A stretch of DNA of 54,084 nucleotides, the filler included, from Bipalium vagum (lineage: Eukaryota): the NCBI GenBank assembly GCA_037834085.1. It is 3 parts of 3 records of this genome, joined end to end, with 100 filler letters (N's around TTAATTAATTAA, not from the genome) between each part and the next. Parts side by side here need not be neighbours in the genome. Positions count along the whole stretch, not along the records: positions 19,293 to 38,028 come from JBBMKC010020764.1; positions 38,129 to 54,084 come from JBBMKC010135987.1; 1 more part is not named here. The stretch is one strand, 5' to 3'. The stretch's first letter is position 1; each line of letters begins with the position of its first letter. The notes below the pieces were generated by a model that had not been told where the DNA came from, did not search any database, and was given only the letters and a program-made list of their open reading frames with translations. Below are positions 27,961 through 40,253 of the stretch, piece by piece. A program made the position numbers and the translations under genes.

Positions 27961-28966
27961 TAGTATTGCAAAATATAATATGACTATGAATTTGAAAATG
28001 AATTTCTTTTCTTGTCAATAGTTTTTTAGATAAATACTCAATAACTGTTGGCTTTTTCAACTTTTTCATTCTATAATGTAAGAAATTAAGATGAATTTAA
28101 ACAAATACTAAATTTATAGATTTATTTGAAATTTAATAGATATACATTTAAAAATTGAACAATCTTATTAAATTTTTAGATTATATTGCAATGAATATGA
28201 AACGCGAGACTTTCCATGCAATCCATATTGAAAACACTATAACCAAATATTATAATATATTATTATTTACAAATCGGTCGTCTTATCAGTTTCAATGGGA
28301 TTTTTGTTTATTTGTTTTCAAAGGATCATTTTTAAAATAAACAGAACAAAAATAAATCATATCAGAATCTTAAATCCATCAAAATTATATTTTATACAAA
28401 CAAAAAATAGCAAGAACTGTGACAGCTGACATCCTTAATTTGCGTAATAAAAAATAAGGTGGTTTGCAAAAATATCTGGCAAAGACCAAAAAAATAAACG
28501 CAAAAGAAGCCACATGGGGTAGACATGGTAATTTATTAATTATAAGTTTTCCAACAATTTTTCAACACAGATTATTTTTCCCTCAAAACCATTCCAGTGA
28601 TAATTACGGGACAACAGATAAGCCCGAACAGTGTAAAATAATATAAATTTTGTGAACATGAATATATTGGTAGGTGGTATAGGACATTTATTTCACTTCA
28701 AGACGGATTTATTAGTTGAATTTATCTTTGGGTCGTGACAACAGGGACAGATTAATTTTGTCAATTTGTATTTCTCAAAACTTTCTCCAACGTCTGGATA
28801 GAGACGATTCTCAATCAGTCGATTATAATTTCACGTACTACAGATGGATTATATCCCAAACGCTCTCCTGACAGACGTGATTAACATCTTTATGTTGTTA
28901 CAGTCTTACTTTTTCCATTTTGCATCCGAATTTCCCGCCCTCCACAGGAATTATTTTAAATTAAAT

Positions 28967-28968
<2 letters not shown>

Positions 28969-29005
<37 letters not shown>
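28969..29005. repeat. (AAT)n microsatellite
   Basis: About 12 perfect units; it produces the poly-I run in ORF 28844-29137. Confidence 0.95.
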
Positions 29006-29008
<3 letters not shown>

Positions 29009-31789
29009 GTAAAATTTTTCATAAATTTCTTATTTATTTTATTGGATGTTTATATTTATTTATATTTTTCAGAAGGAAATTTCTGGAAGGCCGAATGTTT
29101 CAAAATATTTGTTGATAATAATGTTAATGATAGATAATAATTATTTATTAAAAATATTATTATTGTATTGTTGTTCTTAATAATAAAAAAATTTTTAAGT
29201 TACATTAAAAATATATCTATAAAGAGATAAAATAAAATATCTATTTTTATTTTCACGATAATATATGAATGCAATATGGTTGTATAAAAATAGTAAAATA
29301 TTAAAAGTAAATAAAGAAAAAATGAGAAATAGAAAATATTATCAATGTAATTGAAAACATAAATTTATTTGATATACCGCTTAATCCGGATAATACGAAA
29401 AATATTACTGGCAATAACTCCTGGACGTAGAATTACATATTACTTATTTCGATTGTTTCAAAATCGGTTATTGTAATGAATACTCAAATATTTAAACAAT
29501 AATAATTCTAATAATTATTATCAAAGTATCAGCTGACATTATATTTGTTTTCCAATTTTCTTTCAGAGAATGAGAAAGCAATAATTTTCACCAAAACTAA
29601 AGTTGATAAGGCAACAAACAATAAATCAGAGTGAAGGATCCATCATAAATTTTTATTTATAATTTAATCAATTATTAATTACTTTCTCAATCATTTATTG
29701 ACTAGATACTGGTTTACTTATATTTTTAACTTGTGTTACTGATATGAAAGTTATTATTTGTTTCTTACAGAAAGACGAATAAAGCCTATTCTGATTAAAT
29801 ATCAACTGGTATTTTTCTTTCAACAAGTTGGTTAATGCACATCCTTATTCCATATCTTAGTATTAACCTTATCGGTATTTCAGTAGCAGAATCCCTAATG
29901 ATGAGGACATACAGTCTCGGACAGCCAGTAGCAAAATGTGGCCTCGATCTTGACGAAGAGAATATTAAAAATATTTATTTATAATAATAAAATGTTTTAT
30001 TCACATTTTCCATAATTAATTTAATTCACTTGTGAAATTGAAAGAATTATTTTAACGTTTTTTTTTCATTCTGATTTTTTGGGAGACATTTTTGGATTCC
30101 TTATAATCCGGAAATATCTTATAAAATTGATAAATCATTCTGTGATCAATCAGTTGGTGATAGTGTGACCATCTTTAGTGATAGAGGACACGTATATGGT
30201 TCAAGAACAATAAAATTGTAATTAAAGAAATTATGAAAACGTTTTTAAAATATAAACAAAGCGAAAAATAAAAACAATTTAAAAATTTGTTGACTTTATC
30301 AATATTTTTCTCACGAAAATATTATCAATCACGACATTTCTAATTAATATTTTTGACAAAATAAAAAAATAATAATATTAATCTGGTTTTTAATAAGCGA
30401 GTTGATAATTAAAGAAATCTTTGTAATTATTTTATATCCAGAATTGAATGCATTTTGCAGATTCTATGGCTTTGTCTACCGACATGAATCACACAAGGCA
30501 AATGATGAATGGTAAAATTATTAGAAACGGAGAAATTCGTGTGATTTTAAGTATGATAAATTTTATTGTCTTGCTAAATGTGAACAGAATTTTGGAAACT
30601 TTTCAAATGAATAACATAATTTTTTCCGTTTAATCGAGAATAAAAATATTTAATTAGTGTAAAAATTAAAAAAAACTATATAAATCGCGTGATTTTGACC
30701 AATAGAATTCGAGGAATATTAATTATTTTTCCTGCAGTTGTGTAATGGTTTCAGCAATTCGGTAATTTTTTAAAATATTTCTGTTAATTATTATTTATTA
30801 ATTTTTCATTTGATCATTTTCATATAAATATGTGAAATTTGAACAAAAGGTTTTTTTAGTTCGTAAAAACCAATGATCGGATTGGATTCTTTTGAAGATG
30901 ATTTTATTTTCCCATATGCCGAAACAATATTGAGGGATAAAAATAAATAGGAAATTTTGAAAAGAATATATTTTGAAAGTCAGATTAAAACAATTTAATT
31001 ATTTTTTCAAATCATCTGAAAATTCGAATAATTTTTCAATCTCATCCAAATAATTTTATATTAAAACCGATAATGAAAAATTATTTTTCATTTCTTAAAA
31101 AGTTCAAAATAGATTTTATTTCGAGTTTTTACACTCATTCCACATTTTCGTAGCAAAAATCAGTTTGCGAATAATAATAATATTATTATTATTAATAATA
31201 AATGTCAAATTATTTTATTTTCACCCGATTATGATTGATTGTAATTAATATTTTTCCCCTTTGGGCTGGTGTAAATTACGTATTCTAATTTGGAATGACT
31301 AACTTTTTTATTGTCTGATTATGACTGATTATCAGAGGACTAGCTCTGAGTTCTAAGACCTCGCGATCGTACCGCTCAGAACTGGTGAACACAGAACTAA
31401 TGAGCAGGCACTGAAAGTATGGAAAGATCAACATTGGAGACAATATGAGGTTATCAACACCCATAATGTAGGGATTCCTCCTTACTAATGATTGCAATAA
31501 AAGTCACAAATGATTCGGGTAGTTTCCAGAGAGGATGAGTCGAAGTCGGCCAAGGTAATTGTTATTGTCTTTTATTATTTTTGTTTGTGTACATAAATAA
31601 TTTTAATTACTAATAGTTTGATTTTCAATAACTTTTTATCTTCTTTTTTTGTTTATTTCATTCGTTGTAAAGGTCAATTAATTATAAGTTTTCAGTTTTT
31701 TGATACATGACATTTACTGCGTTATTGTGATATTTATTTTGTTAAATGGTATTAATCATTAAAAAATAAACTGCTTTCTTACGTAGATG

Positions 31790-31968
31790 GCAGTTCAATA
31801 CATTTAACGAGGCAGAATCGGTGGGAAATTGAATTTGCTGCAGAAAGGTGGACTGTTCTCATAGAAAACGATGGCTTGTATTTTGAAGAATAATGTCGGT
31901 TTGCTTTTGTAAAATTCTTTGTTAAATAAGTTTTTATTTTATGCACAAAGACTTTCCGGACAGCCTAG
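31790..31968 (+). mobile_element. Mariner 3' end with TIR
   Basis: AERWTVLIENDGLYFEE* followed by TIR aaagactttccggacagcctag+TA. Confidence 0.7.
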
Positions 31969-32149
31969 TATTACAATTCAACTATAATATTTGGAGCCAG
32001 CAGTACAGAACTTGGTTAAAATAAATATTAACAGAAATAGAAATAGAAATAGCGTATAGAAATATAATTAAGAATTTCATAAAATTTTTAAAATAAATTA
32101 CTTAATAGATATAGGTAAGTATTATTATATTCGTTTTAAGTAGTATGCT

Positions 32150-33191
32150 TTTGTTGACATTACATACGATTTAGATACTATTAGAAGCATGTGGAAATGA
32201 AGTACCATACAAGACGACTGTTATCAATTGGATCAGATAGTTTTTATGTGGCAGGAACAATGAGTTTGACGAAGAAAAAAATAGACGACCAACAGAAATT
32301 GGGTAACAAAAATTAGAAACAATAAAGATAATCATCAAAGAATAGATGATTACTACTAAACTTAATTTAAGCAAGAAGACTGCAGAACATGATAGAGAAC
32401 ATTGGAGTCAAAAAATTATGTAGCAGATTTGTCCCACAATTTTTGACAATGGAGATGCGACAAAAGCGAATGAAAGCATGTCAAGAAAATCTTGACCTAT
32501 TTCATTCTCTTGACAGAGTTTTTTGAAGAATATTGTAACAGAGGACGATACATTCCATACAGTAGGCTGGAGTCTTGTGAATGGGTATTTCATGAGCAAA
32601 ATGCACCAAACGTGTCTTATTCAGGGACATCTCATCTGAAATGCCTGACTCTTAGTGTATTCTGAAACGCAAAAGGTGTGATCAAAATAAATTTTGTCCA
32701 AGGAAACATCGACTCTCACTACTACTGTGCACTGCTTAGTGGTCTGAGAAAGCTGCGACGGAAGCCAAAGAATCAAGACCTATTTTTCTTCATGGATAAT
32801 GCTCCAGTTCATACAGCTAATCGAATTGCGGGTGTCAAACGGGAAAAGGGAGTTGTGCTGGTTTCACATCCACCTTATAGCCTTGGTTTTGCTCCCAATG
32901 ATTTTTTTTCTTGTTTCTTCACTTAAAGAAGAACCTGTAAGTTTAGAGAATTGAGTCTAAAAATGATCTCATACTAATAGTTTAATAGTTTAATTAATAG
33001 ATTTTTTGAATAAAAAGTGTACTTTCTTCGAAAATGGTCTCTTTTCTGTGATAAATCAATGAACGAAATGCCTGGAAGCAGAAAGTGGTTATATAGGAAA
33101 GTGACTAAGTTTATTTACCTATATAGTTTACTTGTTCTAAAAGCAAAGTTTCATTTTTGTACAAGTCTAAGAACTTTTTATTCACACCACG
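32150..33191 (+). mobile_element. Decayed mariner (irritans-like)
   Basis: GVKKLCSRFVPQFLT, FLKNIVTEDDT, FFMDNAPVHTA and SHPPYSLGFAPNDFF. 3' TIR aagaactttttattcacaccacg+TA. Confidence 0.85.
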
Positions 33192-35099
33192 TACTTACTT
33201 AATATTTCATTTTCACTTTCTATCAGAAAGTGTACTTTGGCTGATTTTTTAAAAATATAACTTTATACAACGTATCTAAAGAATTACGGATTGTAACAAA
33301 GAAAAATAATAAAGTCATATTATATTGTATAGAAGACATTCGCCATTTCAAGCCAAAGTATTTGTTAATAGTACTGGACCTTAAATTGGATAACAATCTA
33401 AATATTGACATCCTGTTTATCAAATTGAAAATAGTTATTTGTCAGTCAAATATCCATTAAAGTTCGAAAATCAACATTAATCAGTCCAAAATAAATCAAA
33501 CAAAATTGAAATGTGATATAGAAAATATTCCATTTAAACCGTCACTTAATTTAAACAAAATAAAAGTTTAATAAAAAAAATAGGCAATGAGAAATTTTGT
33601 GTATTCGCTAGGTATATGGGAATATTTACCCTCACTTTAAAATATCTGTAAATGACAGAAAAGTTCACAGTTGTCGTATTTCCAACAATTATTATTTTGA
33701 TTTTATATCGAATAAACAACATGGACATTGGTGTTATTTTATCATCGTTGTATCCGTTAGACTTCTTTTCAATCAAGACTACAATTATTATCTCATGTGA
33801 ATACATCACCACTAACGAGGGAAACCGAGGAACTATATATTGGACGTGATTCTCTTAAAACGGTATACCTTTCTTTAAAATATTTTTTAATAAATGACTA
33901 TTTTGATCCCCAAGATTATATAAACTTATAAAGACCTGAATATTATGATAAAGTTATTAGAATACAATTTCTAATATTTACTCGATAATAATGACAATAA
34001 AAAGTTATGAAATTCGAATATAGGTTATAGGAGGAAGTACTGGGACTTCGAAATAAATTTCTCAAATTATTATATCAAGTCAAAACGAAAAATCGAGTGT
34101 GATATATTACTCTGAAGTTATTTCAATGGTCATTATATACAGGGATATTATTTTGTTACTTTTATACTAAAGTGTGACTTTAAAACTTTCAATTTTCTGG
34201 CGCCTCGCTAATAGTTATTAACTTGTTCTTACAGTTCAAAATAACCAGAATAACCCTCACTTTGTTAAGCAGAGTAATCACAGTAAACTTTATTTCAGCA
34301 CTAAAAACACATAGGTTAATTTCTTGAGTCAAATCGGAAACTGCAATAAAATGGTTACTATTAAACAGACTCAAAATAACAATGATTTTTTAAATGTAAT
34401 GTTAGTAAAAGAATTAGAATTTTTAGTCGAGAAATGAAAGAATTAATTTAAAATAAAATTTCGACCATGAATCATTTCATCCGGAATAAAAAATGCATGG
34501 TCGTCTGCTAGGTCCTGAACGATCGCCTACGTATCCCCAAACTCACGTGTAAAACCCATTTAATGTTGCATTGGAAAAAACTTAAACTATTGATTCAAAC
34601 TATTGTGAATCCGTTTTATCAATATTAAACAATGTTAAACTATTGTCTATTGATTCACAATTCTTCTAACGCTTGCAATAAATTTGAAAATCACTAGTCT
34701 TCTGATCAATTCAACAAAAACTTTGCCAAACATTTCCTTTTCATTTCGAAAACCAGTAATACACCCTTATATGTAAAGATTGACCGCCGGCCACCAATTT
34801 CTACTCTCTAATTCACTAAAAACAATCAAAATACTATTTTGATGCCTCAAATCCTAATTGCAGCCGGATACAATAACGACGTTGAGAATCGGTTATCTTT
34901 GGTGTTATTTTATCATTATTGGTTCTTATTGATATTATTTATTAAAAATTCTTTTATGAAGGGTGTACTGTATTTCATATCGGGTTTTCTAATTAACTCT
35001 CTTGAAAAAAACCCGCAAGTTTATTTTATTTCCTTTATCATTTTAAATCTCAGTACTTAATTTAATTAATTTGCAGTCATTGCAATCGTAAAAATCTGA

Positions 35100-36060
35100 A
35101 GATGCAATTAGGATTGTTGAATATTTTTTTTATTAAAACTTTAAGATCGGAAAATAACAATTAAATACTTTAAGGAGGAGGGATTAAATTTAATAATAAT
35201 CCAATGTGTTTTAAAACGCTATGCTGACATTGGCGAAGTGAATTACTCAAAACTTCTGATCCAGCACTATCCCTGTTGACTAATATTCAATTAAATAAGA
35301 TTAAGACCTCTTATAAACCCAATATTCACAAAAGTGTAAGTCTAACATCCTCTAAATAAAATATCACAAAGTCCACAATATCAAATGCAAAGAAAATGTT
35401 GAAAATTATAACTAGGAAGAAGATCTAAGGTTCTACATAAGTGAAAGATTAGAAAAAACTTGCAAAAATTTCACTTAGAAAACCTTATAGACTCTCAGCT
35501 CCTTCTGGTGGCGGGGAATTCTTTGTAATTGATGATGAGACTTATCATCCGCTTGATTTAAGGCCATTATCAGGTCCTATTAAAAGGTTTTTTTATGACG
35601 AATTAATATTGATGATGAAAAAAAACGAAAAATCAAATTTCAACCCTATTATTTGATATGGCAAGTAATTGTAAAAGATAGTCAGAAATCTAAGAGTGCT
35701 ACGGACAAGACAATTTATCTTGAAGAATGCTTCAAAAAGCGCCTGGGACCTTTTATTATCAGAACTGAAACAAGATAATGCTATTTTTTTCTGGCCTTAT
35801 AAGGTGAGTTCACACTAATCACAAATTGTGTGCGATTACCTTGATTAACAAAATATCGATTATGCTGAAAGGAATAAAAATGTGCCTGCTGTACCTAATC
35901 AACGACCGATTGAAAGATTCTGGGCCTTATGCAAGAAATATTACAAACAATTAAAAAAATTTTGTGATATTATTCGTAAATACAAGAATGTTTGATTGAA
36001 AGTTTCAAGAGTAAAATAAAGAAGTGATAGGTTATTCTTAAACGTTAAATGTAATTTGTA
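35100..36060 (+). mobile_element. Decayed ITmD37E-like (DD37E) transposon
   Basis: VIDDETY, YLIWQVI, YLEECFKKRL and FWP(Y<D)KVSSH...NVPAVPNQRPIERFWA. Exactly 37 codons lie between the mutated second D and the E. Confidence 0.8.
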
Positions 36061-38028
36061 TGATTGATTGTGGTGATAAAGATTCGTAGAAAAAAATCTT
36101 TGTAGTTAAAAAAAAAATTTTTTTTTAACTTTGTCCAAATCATCAATATATTAAAGACGAACAAACGTGAGGTTTGAAAGTAGCAAATGAAAATATGTAT
36201 CAACATGCTGAAGTCTACCGTAAATCAGCTTTCGCAAATATCGTAACATCAAAATATTATTTTATAAAATGTAACTTTAAAAAGTTTTCTCAAAAAAATT
36301 TTACTTAGAAAAGAATTTCTGTTTTAATTCTTTGTGATACATTATTTTCGTTTTTCATCTCAGAAGTGCTCACATCGATATTTAGAGGAAATTTATTTCC
36401 AGCTGATTATTTTTATTTATTATAATAATAATAATATTATTATTATTATTAAACTTAAAAATTTTAAATTATAACAAGATATAAAAGAATACTTATGATT
36501 GATATGAACTGCCATTCATTTCTCATTTATAAACTTTTATCAATATTTTGAGGAAAACATATTTTATAATTCAAGGATATGATCAACATTGAGAGTTCCA
36601 TGCGTGATAAATAACAATAATAATATAATAATAAATAATGAAATACAAAAATTAATTAGTTAATGGCAGGATTTGCCAAAATATATGCCTAAGATATTAG
36701 GCTTAAGTTACTTTTTTATTATAGTTCCCGTGTTTTTAATGAGTAAAAACTGAATATATTCAAAATTTCACAATTTTAAATCTCCGAAATAATTTCTTTG
36801 ACTGTATAAAACATTATCAAACGTTTCGTTTCCAGATTTTTATAAAATAACTATACCTACATAATCTCATTTAATTTCAGCAATGCATTACAAAATGTAC
36901 AGTGTCGATCAATTATAATGTACCTTATTTCTGCTGATGTTATTATCAAATCATTGTAGAATAGAATAAATCACTTGATATTTTATAATAATGTTAATAT
37001 AATTAACCAAGCTGCAATATCCGAATCATTCAGTTTTATTTAGGTTATGTTCAACATTAACCCTTTGCGTAATAATACACAAAATAAGACTAAATTTTAT
37101 TGTTCATCATTACAACAACATTGCACAATAAATGTCATTACGATTCCTCAATTTCAAATGATGATTCAAAAATATTTTCTCTTTAATCGTATCGCATCTC
37201 ATCTCAATTTCCCGAAATATAAAGTCTCTAAGCTCATACCAGTACTAAATTTAATTTACAAAGATTTTAAATTTTTTATTTTATCATTATCATTTTATTA
37301 CATTATAACACACCATAAAAGTAGTATTTTTCTTTATTATTGGTTTCTGATGTTTCCTTCCGTTGTTTTTTTCTTTTCTGATATAAAATTTTTCTCATTA
37401 TCGTATTCATCAGGTCTCTACTAACATGGAGATACCATTTGTGAGATCAACTGGTCACTAAGCCAATTGAGATCTACCATATGAGTTCTTCTACAGAAGA
37501 ATAACTCTGCATGTCAACTGGAATTCAATTCAGTTCTCTGGTGAATCTTCTATCGGTCCAGGTCAGCATAAAGATACCACCAGGTTTGTCAAATAACTAT
37601 TGTCTCTATTTGATTATCAGAAGTAATTGATGCACTATTATCCCATATCTTCCCGGTGATAAGGTATACGAGACAATCACAGAAATCCATGCCTACCTCC
37701 AACCCCTTGTAAAAGTGGAATTTATGGGTTCCACTTATATAATTTTCGATAGACCAAAATAATACAGAAAAGTAATGATTATCAACAAAAATGAAAACGG
37801 AATGTTCTCACCAATTTGTATCTTAATCGATGCTTACACATCTTCACGGAACCTTGGCAAATGTAAAAACCAAAGATTACACACTTAGATTTCAATATTC
37901 AATTGTCCAAGTAATAGTACAAAAAACTTGTACATGATAAAATTAATTGATAGATTCTATTCGGGTAGAAATATAAAAGATTTCAAGGCAAATTAATTTA
38001 GATAACTAATGCTGTCTAAAAACAAATA

Positions 38029-38128
38029 NNNNNNNNNNNNNNNNNNNNNNNNNNNNNNNNNNNNNNNNNNNNTTAATTAATTAANNNNNNNNNNNNNNNN
38101 NNNNNNNNNNNNNNNNNNNNNNNNNNNN
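38029..38128. other. Artificial contig linker / gap
   Basis: 44 N + TTAATTAATTAA + 44 N. Confidence 0.97.
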
Positions 38129-38710
38129 TGAAAGCCACAAACAATGTTGTATTCTTCCGAATGTCAAGCATGGAATCCAGGTACATGTTTGGGGTATTAT
38201 TTCTAATAATGGAGCTGGTCCACTAAGGCGTGTAAACAGCATTTTAAACTCCGAGAAATATAAAAATTTCCAAAAAGAAATTTTAAATTTATGCAAGATA
38301 ATTCACCAGTACACACTTTGAAATCGACAACACAATTCTTGAATCATAATAACATCCCTGTGTGTATTTGACCTAGAAATTCTCCTGATGCCTATATTAT
38401 GAAAAATTTATGGAGCTATATGTCTTGAGAATTGAAAAATGTATTGGTTCACAATGCTAATGAGTATTGGAAGGAAATCCAAGATGTTTGGTACAATATT
38501 ACAACGGATTATATACATGGATTATATGAATTATTACCTGATAGAATGACTGCTATTGTCAAACCCAGAGGTGGGACAACAAGATTTTAGTACTTTGAGT
38601 GATTTCGGATATTAATAAAGTTGTCTGATTAATAATATATGTATATGTGTATTTAATCTTTTGAAAATGAAATTTCCTAATAAAATAAACGGGGGTTAAC
38701 AGACTTAATT
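38129..38710 (+). mobile_element. Tc1 (DD34E-type) 3' half, truncated by the gap
   Basis: PNVKHGIQVHVWGIISNNGAGPL, MQDNSPVH, PRNSPDAYIMKNLW and PDRMTAIVKPRGGTTRF*. Confidence 0.85.
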
Positions 38711-38735
38711 AAAGGAGTTTATTTTGTATTATTTA

Positions 38736-39358
38736 CAGGTTTATGTAGAAATATATAGAAAAATATTCATTATGTATATAGAAAATTATTCAGAAATATA
38801 TAGAAAAAATATTCGATTGTTTTAGGTTGCCAAAAATATCAGCTGCATGGTTGCTATTAAAATGACAGGTTTTTCATTGGTTTGTCATCTGTTTATTTAT
38901 TAAATCAAATTTACAGGCATTTTATGCTTCGAAATCAAAGACTGATCTTTCCATCGAGACAGTTTTATAGACTTTATTAGTGACATGTTATGCAATAATT
39001 TCGATCAAAATCCTGGGGATGTATTGGTGATGGACAATTGCAAGTTCCATCACAGCAAAGATGTTATTAAGTTGCTGACAGAATAAGGTATTGTTTACAG
39101 ATTTCGTTCACTATACTCGTGTCAACTAAAGTCGCAAATATCATCATTTATGAGAACCATTATAGATCGGGACGATTTATAAGAATTGATTACCCAAGTA
39201 CTCATGCATGACGATATCGATTTAAGTGATTATTTTTGTAACATGAAGCGGCATATAGAAAAAGCCTTTGTGAGACAAAAATTTATTTAGTGTACTCTTT
39301 CACCTGATATTTTTCTATATATTTTGAATATTTCTCTATATATTTCTGCAAAACCCTG
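38736..39358 (+). mobile_element. Internally deleted IS630/Tc1-like non-autonomous element with about 55-bp TIRs
   Basis: TA-flanked TIRs caggtttatgtagaaatatatagaaaaatattca and cagggttttgcagaaatatatagagaaatattca (reverse complement). Internal VLVMDNCKFHHSKDV...F..LYSCQL. Confidence 0.8.
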
Positions 39359-40253
39359 TAAATTATTTTCTTTACAAAAATTTACTAACATTTTTGATTT
39401 CCTTTTTATTTCCAATTATTACATTAAAATACTAACTAAAAAAATCTAATAACCATTAAAAACTGTAACTTCAAAAGTTTAAATATTTCTGAAAACTTTA
39501 AATTGTAAACATTTAATAATCTTCAACTTAGGTGTGAGATCCATATTTTAAAATATTCATCGAAACTAATTGTTCGAACTACTTATTATAAATATAAATC
39601 TCCTCTTCTATAAGAATCTTGCAATTAGATATTGAAGTCTCTTAGATCTGAATTTTCCAATTTTTCAGTAATTTTCATAATATTCAAAATCTTAGGACTT
39701 TCTAGTCTTCACCTTTTAATGATCCATGATAATTTCTTAAACCACAATGTCAAAATGTTTAGTAATTTCACGCTGTTAAATGGCAATCTTTCTCAATTTT
39801 GATATTAATGAAGGTTGATGTTTTAAGGATCATTAATTTTTTTTAATAATTTCCAACCTCAAATTTTTTTTGAAAAATTGTAATTTTTCCCTCCTTGATT
39901 GCAAATCGAAAATGTTATTTTATACTTTCAATTAAAGTTTGATCAAGAATCTTATAATTATTCAAATTTTCATTTGCTTGTCATTCAGATTTTGAAATAC
40001 AAAATGTATGATTTAAAATATTTTTTATTTATGCGACAAAAAAGCTTTACCTTTTATTGAACATTTTATATTCTATATACAGCTTTATATGAAAAAATAA
40101 CATTATCATCATTACTGAAATGCAAATCATTGAAAGTAAACAAAATTCAAGGCTTCTTCAGATTAAGAAAATAACATAACAAATAAACTCTTCATATTTT
40201 GATGTAATAAAATATTTTAATTTTAAAGATGGCTAGTATATAATAATATAATA

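Noticed and set aside
26735-29110. GTPase-like motifs IVDTAG (about 26745) and SGRPNVSK (about 29082)
   Set aside because: G3 precedes G1, G1 lacks GKS, and no in-frame exon chain links them; probably chance.
29567-29610. NEKAIIFTKTK, resembling DEAD-box helicase motif IV
   Set aside because: Isolated short match with no canonical donor and no other helicase motifs.
31321-31490. Reassigned stop codons (TAA read as sense) as an explanation for interrupted frames
   Set aside because: The well-supported exons contain no in-frame stops, and all three stop types interrupt the other islands.
34916-35017. Minus-strand CGFFSRELIRKP..., resembling the integrin alpha GFFKR tail
   Set aside because: In-frame TAA two codons upstream, no AG acceptor or pyrimidine tract in between, and it lies on a different contig from the integrin exons.
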